Below are positions 9,591-18,478 of a DNA stretch of 64,000 bases, in pieces (position 1 is the first letter of the stretch; every line of letters starts with the position of its first letter). Below the pieces are notes generated by a model that saw only the letters and a program-made list of their open reading frames with translations, did no database searches and was not told the origin of the DNA. The DNA lies in the IMG/VR virus record IMGVR_UViG_3300012351_000007, positions 1 to 64,000 of that record; one strand, 5' to 3'. A program made the position numbers and the translations under genes. Source of the stretch: a virus.

Positions 9591-9799
9591 CCGCAGCGAC
9601 CAGCACTGATGAGCGGCGCGGCCGGCGCCGCGCCGCTCACCACCAGGCGCGTGTTGATCGGGCAGCCACCCCGAAGCAGGGGCTGTGGATCGCGTGCGGC
9701 TGGCTGGTGAAGGAGGCGTGGAAGGCCGGCTGCCTGGGGGAGGCCACGCGGGGGGTGTTGGCGATGGCCAACAGGATCCGCCGGGGGGATGCGCCGTGA
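9587..9799 (+). CDS. Hypothetical protein
   Basis: GTGA overlap. Confidence 0.5.
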   Translation: MTAATSTDERRGRRRAAHHQARVDRAATPKQGLWIACGWLVKEAWKAGCLGEATRGVLAMANRIRRGDAP

Positions 9800-9940
9800 C
9801 CGTCACCGTGGGTGTCCCCTCCCCCGGGTGGCGGGGTCCCCAGAATCGGCGGTTTCGGCTTCGGGTCGGCGCGTGACACGCGCGTGTGAGGCTAGCCGCT
9901 ACCCACAGTCACGTCAAAACGAAACACGGGGAGGGTCGCT

Positions 9941-10168
9941 ATGCCAAGCAAGCCCATCGATGAACGCCGCGTCGAACGGGCAGCCCGCGGCCGAGCCAAC
10001 CGCCACAACTACTTCATGAACGAGATCACCAACGAGACGGATCCTCGGCGGCGGTTGGAACACGCGATCAGGTTCGTGCGGGCGCTCGCCGACGACATGA
10101 CCGCCGAGCAGTTGGACCGTATCGGCGATGAGATGACCGACCTTGCGCAGAAATGGGCCAACACATGA
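9941..10168 (+). CDS. Hypothetical protein
   Basis: GGGAGG RBS, ATGA overlap with next gene. Confidence 0.6.
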   Translation: MPSKPIDERRVERAARGRANRHNYFMNEITNETDPRRRLEHAIRFVRALADDMTAEQLDRIGDEMTDLAQKWANT

Positions 10169-10554
10169 CCGCCACCGGCAGCATCGTCGCCGAGATTTCC
10201 GAGGCGCCGGGCGACGACAGCCAGACTGAGCGGCCCGGCGTCCGGCGGCGGGCGCGCCGCGCCCTGTCGCAGTGGTGGGTGTGGACGCAGCGGCCACAGT
10301 CGTACCGGGGGGCGTGGGACGAGTCGGCAGTCGACGTCACCCGCCTGCCGGCCGGAAGCCCGTGGTGGCTGCTGAAGGCGTGGCAGGTGTCGAACTGGTT
10401 GGACCGGCCGCTGCTGTTCGCGCTGATGGTCGTGTTCCCTGCCGGCCTGCAGGGGCCGCTGCGATGGGTCGCGGTGCGGCCGACCCGCCGGTGGGGCACC
10501 TACCTGCTGGTTGCCGCCGTCGTGGTGGCGTTGCGCGCCACCGGGGGGCGGTGA
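10165..10554 (+). CDS. Membrane protein upstream of translocase
   Basis: ATGA overlap; hydrophobic C-terminal half. Confidence 0.55.
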   Translation: MTATGSIVAEISEAPGDDSQTERPGVRRRARRALSQWWVWTQRPQSYRGAWDESAVDVTRLPAGSPWWLLKAWQVSNWLDRPLLFALMVVFPAGLQGPLRWVAVRPTRRWGTYLLVAAVVVALRATGGR

Positions 10555-10560
10555 GCACCA

Positions 10561-12687
10561 GTGGGGAAGATCCTGCGCACGGTGGTGGTGGCCGCCAACG
10601 AGTACCGCAAGCCCGAGCCGGAGCCGCAGCCAGTCGCTGCTGCCCAGCAGCCAGTCAAACGGCGGATCCCGCCGTGGCTGGTCGCCGCGCACAAGCGGTA
10701 CCGCCGCGAGGTGCTGCCGTGGAAGATCCTCGGCGGCTGCGCCTTCGCGGGCGCGGGTGCGGCCCACTCGCGCATGTCGCCGGTCGGGGTGCTGGCAGCG
10801 GCGGGTGTGGCCTCGGCTGCGGTCTACGTCTACGTCCGGCATCGGCTGACGAAGCAGGCCATCGAGGCGGCCCGGGTCGAGGTGGGCCAGCATGATGGCC
10901 GCCGGGTGCGGCGGATCGAGAAACGCGCCACCCGGGCGGGGGGAGTGGTTGCCGCAGCGGGGGTGTGGGTGACCTTGGTGGCCGCAGTCGCCGGGCACTT
11001 GTGGGCGTCCCGGCTGGTGTGGCTGGCGGGTGTGGTCGCGTGGGCGTTGGCCGCCTACCAGATGGTGTGGCAGCAGGCGGCCGCCGACGACCCGAACGAT
11101 CCGGCCGAGTCCGCCCCCGCGGCGGTGGCACGGGCTGCACCGGTGCAGGCACCGCAGAAACCACCGGCCGCGATCGGCGGCCAGGTTGAGACGCTCACAC
11201 CGGCGCACACGGTGAAACTGCCCACCTTGCCGCCGGCGGCACCTGCGACAGTTGACGCGGCGCAAGCCAGTGGGCAGGTACGGGACACCCTCCAGTCCGT
11301 CCTGGACGCGTTCGAACTCGACGCCGAGGTGGTGTCGTGGGTGCGCGCCCCGCAGGTCACCCGCTTCAACATCGCCCCCGGCCCGAAGGTCCGCGTCGAG
11401 TCGATCACCCGCCTGACGCGGAACTTCGCCCTCAAGGTCGGCCAGGACGTGCGGATCCTCGCGCCGGTGCCCGGCCACCCGTTCATCGGGGTGGAGGTGC
11501 CCAACACCACCCGCGACGTTGTGTCCCTCGCGACCCTGCTGCAAGATGCCCGGCTGGTCACCGACCCACATCCGCTGCTGGTCCCGCTTGGTGTCGACGT
11601 GGAGGCGCAGACCGTGGTCGGCCTGCTGGCCCGCATGCCGCACCTGCTGGTGGCCGGCGCTACCGGTGCGGGTAAGAGCGCCTTCCTCAACTCGCTGCTG
11701 GTGTCGTTGCTGACCCGGGCCGCCCCCACGCAGTTGCGGCTGCTGCTGATCGACCCGAAGCGGGTGGAGTTCACCTCTTATGACGGCATCCCGCACTTGG
11801 TCACCCCTGTCGTCACCAACCCGAAGAAGGCCGCCGACGCCCTCGACTGGGTGGTGCGGGAGATGGACATGCGCTACGACGACCTGGCCGCCGCCGGGGT
11901 GCGACACATCGACGAGTTCAACGCCAAGGTCCGGTCGGGTGCGCACCGGGCGCCGACGGACAGCCGGCGCGTCATCGAGCCCTACCCCTACCTGGTGGTG
12001 GTGGTGGACGAGCTGGCAGACCTGATGATGGTCGCCCCCCGCGATGTGGAGGACTCGGTGGTGCGCATCGCGCAGTTGGCCCGCGCCTGCGGCATCCACC
12101 TGGTCCTGGCCACCCAGCAGCCGATCGTCGACGTCGTCACCGGCCTGATCAAGGCAAATGTGCCGTCGCGTCTGGCGTTCGCCACCGCCTCCCTGTCCGA
12201 CTCGCGGGTCATCCTCGACCAGCCGGGTGCGGAGAAGTTGACCGGCCGCGGCGACGGCCTGTTCCTGCCGATGGGCGCCTCCAAACCGGTCCGGTTCCAA
12301 GGGGCGTGGGTCGACGAGGCGGAGATCGCCGCCGTGGTTGACCACTGGAAGCACCAGATGGCCCCGGAGTACCTGCCCGCAGTGGTCACCGCGACCTCCG
12401 GCACCGCCCCCGGCGGGCGCGGCCACCCGGCGGACGAGGACATCGGCGACGACCTGGACCTACTCCTGCAGGCGGTGGAGTTGGTGGTAACCAGCCAGTT
12501 CGGGTCGACCTCGATGCTGCAGCGCAAGCTGCGGGTCGGCTTCGCCAAGGCCGGGCGGCTGATGGACCTCATGGAGACCCGCGGGGTGGTCGGGCCGAGC
12601 GAGGGTTCCAAGGCCCGCGACGTGCTGGTCAAGCCGGACGAGCTGGAGGACGTGCTGGCCCGTGTTCGCGACAACCGGGACGCGTAG
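10561..12687 (+). CDS. DNA translocase FtsK/SpoIIIE (TraB-like role) with FtsK gamma domain
   Basis: N-terminal TMs; alpha domain IGVEVPN; [14 protein letters not shown]; LIDPK; [11 protein letters not shown]; [12 protein letters not shown]; gamma [22 protein letters not shown]. Confidence 0.92.
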   Translation: MGKILRTVVVAANEYRKPEPEPQPVAAAQQPVKRRIPPWLVAAHKRYRREVLPWKILGGCAFAGAGAAHSRMSPVGVLAAAGVASAAVYVYVRHRLTKQAIEAARVEVGQHDGRRVRRIEKRATRAGGVVAAAGVWVTLVAAVAGHLWASRLVWLAGVVAWALAAYQMVWQQAAADDPNDPAESAPAAVARAAPVQAPQKPPAAIGGQVETLTPAHTVKLPTLPPAAPATVDAAQASGQVRDTLQSVLDAFELDAEVVSWVRAPQVTRFNIAPGPKVRVESITRLTRNFALKVGQDVRILAPVPGHPFIGVEVPNTTRDVVSLATLLQDARLVTDPHPLLVPLGVDVEAQTVVGLLARMPHLLVAGATGAGKSAFLNSLLVSLLTRAAPTQLRLLLIDPKRVEFTSYDGIPHLVTPVVTNPKKAADALDWVVREMDMRYDDLAAAGVRHIDEFNAKVRSGAHRAPTDSRRVIEPYPYLVVVVDELADLMMVAPRDVEDSVVRIAQLARACGIHLVLATQQPIVDVVTGLIKANVPSRLAFATASLSDSRVILDQPGAEKLTGRGDGLFLPMGASKPVRFQGAWVDEAEIAAVVDHWKHQMAPEYLPAVVTATSGTAPGGRGHPADEDIGDDLDLLLQAVELVVTSQFGSTSMLQRKLRVGFAKAGRLMDLMETRGVVGPSEGSKARDVLVKPDELEDVLARVRDNRDA

Positions 12688-12723
12688 ACCGCGCGGCCTG
12701 ACGAGATGAAGGGAGGTCCCGAA

Positions 12724-12939
12724 ATGAGCGAGGAACCGCAGTACGAACTGGTGGACCGCGGCGACTGTTGGGCAGCTGTCCGTGACGGCGAGACAGTGTT
12801 CGCCACCTGGGACCGCGGGGCGGACCCGGAGAAGCCCGGCGAATGGGGCCTGCTGGCGCAGATGACCAGGCTCGTGCAGGAGCGGTGGGGCCGTGTGCCG
12901 CAGTGGGTGCCGACCGGGAACGGGTGGGTGGCCCGGTGA
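12724..12939 (+). CDS. Hypothetical protein
   Basis: GGAGGT RBS. Confidence 0.55.
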   Translation: MSEEPQYELVDRGDCWAAVRDGETVFATWDRGADPEKPGEWGLLAQMTRLVQERWGRVPQWVPTGNGWVAR

Positions 12940-13142
12940 GCGCCTATGGCGACCCGGCGGCACTGGCTGTCGCCCAGTTCTGCGCCACTCCGGGCAGTGA
13001 CGCGGACTTCCTCGGGCACTTCAGCGTGTGGCGTGGCGACCCGAATCCGGACCGGCCACAGGTACGCGCCGAGTTTGAGCGGCACATGCAGACCTGCACG
13101 GCCTGCCGGGACTACGAGACGACGGGACGGTTGCCCCGATGA
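12936..13142 (+). CDS. Small protein with HxxxCxxC (zf-HC2-like) motif
   Basis: FERHMQTCTACR; GTGA/ATGA overlaps. Confidence 0.5.
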   Translation: MSAYGDPAALAVAQFCATPGSDADFLGHFSVWRGDPNPDRPQVRAEFERHMQTCTACRDYETTGRLPR

Positions 13143-13330
13143 GTGAGCGGTTCACACTGACGATCCACCCCGACGACGCCAAGGAGTGGCGACGGATGAC
13201 GGGCCGGGACGAGACGACCGCACCGCCGCTCAAGAGCAGGGCCAGTCTGGAGTTCATGCTCGACTCGGCGCAGCGCAACGGGGTGCGGATCCTCGACTGG
13301 CGCGAGATCGAGGAAGGCGCGGACCGGTGA
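13139..13330 (+). CDS. Hypothetical protein
   Basis: ATGA overlap. Confidence 0.5.
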   Translation: MSERFTLTIHPDDAKEWRRMTGRDETTAPPLKSRASLEFMLDSAQRNGVRILDWREIEEGADR

Positions 13331-13394
13331 GCGCCGAGCATGACCAGGATGCCCGCGAGGACTATCCGCAGTTCGAGTACGGGCGCTGAGAAGC

Positions 13395-14180
13395 GTGCTC
13401 GGACGAACCCACGCGAGCAGCGGCGCAGCCGCATGGCTGGCCGGGATGGGCGTGCTGCACTGGGCTGGTCATCCGCAGCCGGTTTCGACGGTCGTCGTCG
13501 GCACGGTCCTGTCGGCTGGCGGGGCGCTGCTGCCGGACCTGGACATGTCCGGGAAGGTGACGGCGTGCCGGGGTGGGGCGACCATCGCCCACACGTTCGG
13601 GGTGGTGTCCCTGTTCGCCGCCGAATGCTGCGAGAAGGTGTCGCTGGGCGTGTACGACGCGACCCGGACCCGCTACGACGAGCGCCGCAGCAACGGCCAC
13701 CGGACGCTCACCCATACCCTGCCCTTCACCGCCGCCGCCGGGTTCGGGGTGTTCGAGTTGTGCCGGCAGTTCGGCCGTTGGGCGGTCGTCGCCTGCCTGT
13801 TCGTGGCGTTCGCAACGGCGGTGCGCGGCCTGTTCGACGACTGGGTGGCGAAGGCCGGCTGGCTGCTGACCACGTTCGCCTCCGCGCTCGCGGCCGGACT
13901 GGCGTACTGGTGGCTGCCGACCGGGCGCGCCTCGCCGCTGCTGGCGGTTGCCCTCGGATTCGGCGCGCTGGTGCACCTGGCCGGGGACTCCTGCACCGAG
14001 GAAGGCTGCCCCCTGTTGGCGCCGCTGGTGCGGGTCCGGGGTCGCCGCTGGTACCGCTTCGGCCTGCCGAAGGTGCTGCGGATGCGCACCGGCGGCCGGG
14101 TGGAGGCGTTCTGGGGCTGGCTGTTCACCGCGGCAGGGTTCGCGGGTGCCAGCTGGCTGGTCTTCCTCGGGGTGGGTTAG
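13395..14180 (+). CDS. Metal-dependent membrane hydrolase (YdjM/DUF457 family)
   Basis: MLGRTH, LLPDLD, HRTLTH, HLAGD..T..G motifs; multiple TMs. Confidence 0.85.
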   Translation: MLGRTHASSGAAAWLAGMGVLHWAGHPQPVSTVVVGTVLSAGGALLPDLDMSGKVTACRGGATIAHTFGVVSLFAAECCEKVSLGVYDATRTRYDERRSNGHRTLTHTLPFTAAAGFGVFELCRQFGRWAVVACLFVAFATAVRGLFDDWVAKAGWLLTTFASALAAGLAYWWLPTGRASPLLAVALGFGALVHLAGDSCTEEGCPLLAPLVRVRGRRWYRFGLPKVLRMRTGGRVEAFWGWLFTAAGFAGASWLVFLGVG

Positions 14181-14332
14181 AGACGTGCGGCGGTCGGGGC
14201 TGGTCTACGCCCCCCGGGATCTCCCCGGCCGTCGCACCCGTTCGGGTTAGGCCGTCCGGGTAATTGACCAGGGACGATGCAAGCGCGAAGGTGAGACAAC
14301 TACGGCTCTCGGGGAGGCAGCGGCCGGTGCGG

Positions 14333-14530
14333 CTAGCGCGGACACTTCTTGGCGACGAACACGCCCAGTCCCTGATGGCCCCGAAGAACACCCTGCGCGA
14401 GGAGCCGGTTCACCGCGTCCCGCACGGTGTTTCTGCTGACCCCGTACCGTTCGGCGAGTTCGGCGGTGGACGGCAACTGGTCGCCCGGCTTCAGTTTGCC
14501 GGCGTCGATGCAGTCGCAGACCTCTTGCAT
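14333..14530 (-). CDS. GntR-family winged-HTH regulator (stand-alone DNA-binding domain)
   Basis: GKLKPGDQLPSTAELAERYGVSRNTVRDAV..L...G....QGLGVFV; frame is open upstream (IPYYLRIM), so true start is uncertain. Confidence 0.85.
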   Translation of the reverse strand: MQEVCDCIDAGKLKPGDQLPSTAELAERYGVSRNTVRDAVNRLLAQGVLRGHQGLGVFVAKKCPR

Positions 14531-14709
14531 GATCCGCAGATAGTAAGGAATGCCAACGTTACTGGCCTTGCTGGTAATGTGCCGGTCGGACCTGGGTCCC
14601 CTCCCGAGGTGGCTCTTGTGGTGTGCGGCCCGGGTCCCCCCGGTGCGGTCCGCGGGTCCCCCAAGGACCGCACCGGGGCTGGCAACGGCGCCGACCGCAG
14701 GGGGCGGAC

Positions 14710-14910
14710 GTGGATCTCAGCGAGGCAACGCTGGTGTTGTCCGACCACCAGGCCCGGCGCACCCTGTGGCAGCGGATGTCCGGCCAGCCGGGCTTGTGTG
14801 GCTGGTGCCTGGCGCCGTGGCCGTGCCCGCCTGTCGAGGCCGCCCTCGCCGTCGTTGACCTACCCGACGAGCCGCCCAACGGGGAGTGGCACCTCGGGAA
14901 GCACCGATGA
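14710..14910 (+). CDS. Small Zn-finger-like protein (H..CxxC..WPC)
   Basis: DH...CGWCLAPWPC; coupled to next gene. Confidence 0.55.
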   Translation: MDLSEATLVLSDHQARRTLWQRMSGQPGLCGWCLAPWPCPPVEAALAVVDLPDEPPNGEWHLGKHR

Positions 14911-15119
14911 GTGCCCCCGAACCGCCGGCCCGCCCGTGGCGCAGCGAGGCCGAGCGAGCGCACTGGCGCAACCTGTTCCGGCAGCACAACGGCCGCCCGC
15001 GCAGCTACTGCCTGCTGTGCGGCCGGTGGGGGATCTGCGACGTGTGGCTGCAGGCCCGGGTGCATCTCGTCGCCGCCGGGGAGCTGAACGCCGACGGGAC
15101 ACTGCGGGACCCGACGTGA
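14907..15119 (+). CDS. Small Zn-finger-like protein
   Basis: QH...CLLCGRWGIC; ATGA overlap. Confidence 0.55.
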   Translation: MSAPEPPARPWRSEAERAHWRNLFRQHNGRPRSYCLLCGRWGICDVWLQARVHLVAAGELNADGTLRDPT

Positions 15120-15328
15120 CCCCGGAACAGCGGCGGCAGTGGTGCGCCGGGTCGATTGCCCAACAGCGGGCGATCAGGGATCTGCACTGCGACGACGGGG
15201 ACGGCCGCTGCGGCTTCTGCGTGCGGGTGGGACTGCTGTACCACCAGTCGCCTGCGCGGTTCCCGTGCGGCCCGTGGCAGGCGGCGCGGGAGATGATCCG
15301 CTTCTTGGGCGGCGACCCGGACCGCTGA
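15116..15328 (+). CDS. Small Zn-finger-like protein
   Basis: LH...CGFC...RFPC; GTGA overlap. Confidence 0.55.
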   Translation: MTPEQRRQWCAGSIAQQRAIRDLHCDDGDGRCGFCVRVGLLYHQSPARFPCGPWQAAREMIRFLGGDPDR

Positions 15329-15339
15329 GACAGCGAAAG

Positions 15340-15418
15340 GCCGCCGTCCCACCCGCGCAAGGCGGGCAGGACGGCGGCTATGGCAACGGGGGACCACCCC
15401 GGTTGGTCGGGGGTTTTG
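15340..15418. terminator. Paired hairpins at the convergence of + strand and phage late transcription
   Basis: GCCGCCGTCC(15340-49)/GGACGGCGGC(15369-78); CCCCGG-TTGG-TCGGGG followed by GTTTT. Confidence 0.6.
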
Positions 15419-15517
15419 TCGGCGGGTCCGGCTAGTCTGGGCGGTTACCGAACCCTGCCGCAATGGCGGGCAGGGCGTAGGCGAGTAGGGCGAGGACGGC
15501 GACCCAGGTCGGCACGG

Positions 15518-15781
15518 CTACCTTCCGCTAGCGGTGTTGAGCAGGGTCCACGTGGTGGCCCTGTTCGCCGCTGCCGTGGTGACGGCCCTGGCCGTGCCGT
15601 TGAGCGGCCAGACGGGGTTCGCGGCGGTTGACGGGATCGGCTGGGTGAGCCTCGGGCAGGAGATGTTGTGGTTGCCGAACGGCACCCCGCACTGCGGGCA
15701 CCAGCCCCACCAGGCGGTGCCGTTCCACGCGGCCACCGGGTTGCCCTCGGGCGGCTCAGCCGCGCCGGTCAGCGTCCGCAT
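15518..15781 (-). CDS. Hypothetical protein
   Basis: CPQCG..H...C motif; last gene of the late operon. Confidence 0.35.
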   Translation of the reverse strand: MRTLTGAAEPPEGNPVAAWNGTAWWGWCPQCGVPFGNHNISCPRLTQPIPSTAANPVWPLNGTARAVTTAAANRATTWTLLNTASGR

Positions 15782-15983
15782 CGGATGCCCCCTCCGTCGG
15801 GTCTGCGGTCAGAAAGACGGGGGTGAAGTCGAAGGCGCAGGCAGCCCTGCGGAGCACTGCTTCGTCGTCCCAGTCGCCGCGCCAGGGCAGGCGCAGCAGG
15901 TATCCGACGGCTGCCGCAGTTTCCCAGCAGGCGGCCCGCGCATGTTTGCGGGCGTGGCCGAGGTGATACCGGACCATCTTCAC
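15756..15983 (-). CDS. Hypothetical protein
   Basis: GTGA overlap with holin stop. Confidence 0.4.
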   Translation of the reverse strand: MKMVRYHLGHARKHARAACWETAAAVGYLLRLPWRGDWDDEAVLRRAACAFDFTPVFLTADPTEGASDADADRRG

Positions 15984-16336
15984 TCGGCCGCTACCCCACC
16001 CGGCTTGATGGTGGACACGGCGGGCGCGTACCGGATGAACACGGCGGCGAGGATGGCCAGCACGATCTCGGTGCCGGTGGTGGCACCCCAGCCGCTGACG
16101 ATGAGGGTGGCGACGGCGTTGAGGGCACTGAGGATCCCGGCGATCACCGACTTGGACCACGGCCACTCCGGTACGACCGGGACGATGTAGACGAGCACGG
16201 CGGTTGTCGCGGCGATAGCGATCTGCACCACGCCGAGGCGCGTGATGTGGCCGTTGACGGTGGCCGCCTGGATGGCGGTCAGGACAGCGGCGACGATCGC
16301 GACGATGGTCTTCCCGTACTTCTCCCAACGACTCAT
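15980..16336 (-). CDS. Putative holin
   Basis: 118 aa, four hydrophobic segments in two internal repeats (KTIVAIVAAVL / KSVIAGILSAL); downstream of endolysin. Confidence 0.65.
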   Translation of the reverse strand: MSRWEKYGKTIVAIVAAVLTAIQAATVNGHITRLGVVQIAIAATTAVLVYIVPVVPEWPWSKSVIAGILSALNAVATLIVSGWGATTGTEIVLAILAAVFIRYAPAVSTIKPGGVAAE

Positions 16337-17724
16337 CGGTCATCTCCCAGGAGACCCCCGGCTTTAGCCGTGGGGAGGAATGGGTGTTCGGCTTCAGCAG
16401 CGACGTACGGTCCTGCTAAACTTGTGTCGTGAGGACGGCGTACAAGTGTCGGGCGTACCCGACCCCCGAGCAGGCGGCGGTGTTGAGCCGCACGTTCGGG
16501 TGTGTGCGCCTCGTCTGGAATCGCACCCTGGCGTGGCGGCACGCCCGCTGGTACAGCGAGAAGCTGTCGACCAACGTCCCAGCGGCCAACGCCTACCTGA
16601 CCGAGTTGAAAGCCGACCCGGACCTTGCGTTCCTGCGCGAGGTGTCGTCTGTGCCGTTGCAGCAGGTGACCCGCATCCAGCAGAAGGCGTACACCAACTT
16701 CTTCACCGGCCGCGCCCGCTACCCCCGGTTCAAGTCCCGCACGGGACGGCAGTCCGCCGAGTACACCCGGTCCGGGTTCCGGTGGCGCGACGGCCGGCTG
16801 TGGCTGGCGAAGCTCGACGCCCCGCTGGCGATCGTCTGGTCGTGGCCCGAGGTGGACCCGACCAGCATCGACCCGTCCACGGTCACCGTGTCCCGCGACC
16901 TGGACGGCCGCTGGTACGTGAGCCTGGCCGCCGACGTGGACGACCCCGACCCACTGCCGGCCACCAGCCGCACTGTCGGTGTGGACCTCGGCATCACCGA
17001 CTTCGCCGTCACCTCCGACGGTGAGCGCATCGCCAACCCCCGGCACCTCGAACGCCGGGCACGGAACCTCGCCCGCTATCAACGCCGCGTGGCCCGCTGT
17101 AAGAAGGGCTCCGCGAACCGGGGCAAGGCCAAGGCGAAGGTCGCCCGCGCTCACCGGAAGGTCCGCCACGCTCGGCAGGACTTCCTGCACCGAGCCAGCA
17201 CCAACCTGGTCCGCCGGGCCGACACGATCGTGGTCGAAGACCTCAACATCGCAGGCATGGTCCGGCGGCCGAAACTGGTTCCCAACGGTGACGGCACCTA
17301 CGCGCGAAACGGGGCCGCCGCGAAAGCCGGGCTGAACAAGTCCATCCACGATGTCGGCTGGGGCGAGTTCTGCCGGCAGTTGGCGTACAAGGCTGAACGC
17401 GCCGGCCGCACCGTGGTCGTGATCGACCGGTGGTTCCCGTCGAGCAAGACCTGCTCGACGTGCGGGTACCTGCTCGCCAAGCTCTCCCTTTCGACCAGGG
17501 CATGGACATGTCCAGGTTGCCGCACCCGGCACGACCGGGACCTCAACGCGGCGAAGAACATCGTGGCGGCAGGTCTTGCCGTGGTCAGGGAGAAAGACCC
17601 TGGCTATGCCTGTGGAGGTGACGTAAGACCTGTGCGGGCAACCGCCAGGCGGACGCCGGTGAAGCAGGAAACCCAACCTGTGAAGGTTGGAATCCCCCGC
17701 CTTTAGGCGTGGGGAGGAAGTCAA
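16337..17724 (+). mobile_element. IS200/IS605-family tnpB-only element (IS1341-like)
   Basis: Follows TCAT; LE guide GAGA + hairpin CCCCCGGCTTTAGCCGTGGGG; RE GAAT + hairpin + GAGGAAG-TCAA; no tnpA. Confidence 0.85.
16429..17706 (+). CDS. tnpB: RNA-guided endonuclease TnpB
   Basis: AYKCRAYPTPEQ, FGCVRLVWN, RuvC VGVDLG / VVEDL / DRDLNAA, Zn finger CSTCG..CPGC; catalytic D-E-D intact. Confidence 0.95.
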   Translation: MRTAYKCRAYPTPEQAAVLSRTFGCVRLVWNRTLAWRHARWYSEKLSTNVPAANAYLTELKADPDLAFLREVSSVPLQQVTRIQQKAYTNFFTGRARYPRFKSRTGRQSAEYTRSGFRWRDGRLWLAKLDAPLAIVWSWPEVDPTSIDPSTVTVSRDLDGRWYVSLAADVDDPDPLPATSRTVGVDLGITDFAVTSDGERIANPRHLERRARNLARYQRRVARCKKGSANRGKAKAKVARAHRKVRHARQDFLHRASTNLVRRADTIVVEDLNIAGMVRRPKLVPNGDGTYARNGAAAKAGLNKSIHDVGWGEFCRQLAYKAERAGRTVVVIDRWFPSSKTCSTCGYLLAKLSLSTRAWTCPGCRTRHDRDLNAAKNIVAAGLAVVREKDPGYACGGDVRPVRATARRTPVKQETQPVKVGIPRL

Positions 17725-17740
17725 GTCCGTCTCCGTCTCC
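17560..17740 (+). ncRNA. Predicted TnpB omegaRNA (scaffold + guide GTCCGTCTCCGTCTCC)
   Basis: Overlaps tnpB 3' end and RE as established for TnpB; scaffold blocks shared with the 45-kb mini-element; 5' end approximate. Confidence 0.6.
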
Positions 17741-18059
17741 CGAACCCGATCACAGCGCCGCCTGCCAGGAGAAGCAACGCGCCGAGGGCGGACAGCCAAC
17801 GGACCGGGTGTCCGGGTCCGGTGACGGGCAGCGTGGCAGGAGATCTGGCAAGCGGGGTGAAGGTGAGGCTGGGCGTGGGCGTTCCGCTCGGTGCCGCCGA
17901 GGGCAGCGCGGACAGGCTCGGCGACGGTGCGGACGAGGCGGATGGGTGCGCCGACGGTGATCGGCTGGGGCCGTACCCGCCGCCAGCGAAGGCGGGCGAG
18001 GCCCAAGCGGCGGCCAGAACGGCACCGAGGATAAGGGGAGCGAACCGCGCCGTGCTCAT
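17721..18059 (-). CDS. LPxTG cell-wall-anchored protein (sortase substrate)
   Basis: Signal peptide ending AFA, Ser/Pro-rich stalk, LPVTG, TM helix, RRRR tail. Confidence 0.75.
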   Translation of the reverse strand: MSTARFAPLILGAVLAAAWASPAFAGGGYGPSRSPSAHPSASSAPSPSLSALPSAAPSGTPTPSLTFTPLARSPATLPVTGPGHPVRWLSALGALLLLAGGAVIGFGRRRRT

Positions 18060-18361
18060 CAGACCCGCTCCGGCCAGTGCCACGTGCCGCCGACCCGCGC
18101 CTCGTCGTAGTACTTGCAGCCACCGGCCGCGAGCGAGTGCAGGAAGATGCCCGTCGGATTGAGCACGGCCAGGCCGACCCGTTCGCCGCCGAGACTGTTC
18201 GGCACGCCGAGCTCGACCTCGGTGACGACCGCCGCACGGCACTCCGACTTGAACTCGCCACCCGGGGTTCCGAACGAGACGTAGTGGACGATGCGGCCGA
18301 CGCTGGGCTGCTGGTCTGGCAAAGCGGTCCTCCAGTCGAACGGCCGTACGATGCGGGTCAT
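18059..18361 (-). CDS. Phage protein (PSVGRIVHY...WHWPER type); paralog of 44897-45554
   Basis: Near-identical to the interrupted copy; start uncertain. Confidence 0.7.
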   Translation of the reverse strand: MTRIVRPFDWRTALPDQQPSVGRIVHYVSFGTPGGEFKSECRAAVVTEVELGVPNSLGGERVGLAVLNPTGIFLHSLAAGGCKYYDEARVGGTWHWPERV

Positions 18362-18478
18362 GGGCGGGCAGTTGAGCGGACGGCATCAGCCGCGCCGAGG
18401 TGATCCGCCGGATCGTAGCCGCCAGCCTGGAATCGGTGTAGTTACCGTGCGCGTCCACAGGTACGTCAAGGACGGCGG

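Noticed and set aside
10009-12426. 805-aa antisense ORF and other long shadow ORFs (e.g. 2856-4046, 16333-18261, 26852-28270, 60584-62137)
   Set aside because: Opposite-strand shadows of well-supported genes in high-GC DNA, with no motifs
10561-12687. Host chromosomal ftsK locus or type VII secretion EccC
   Set aside because: Single ATPase domain, no WXG100 genes and no housekeeping neighbours; embedded in the tra-like operon
16429-17706. Cas12 effector or catalytically dead TldR
   Set aside because: IS ends present, no array, and all three RuvC acidic residues intact
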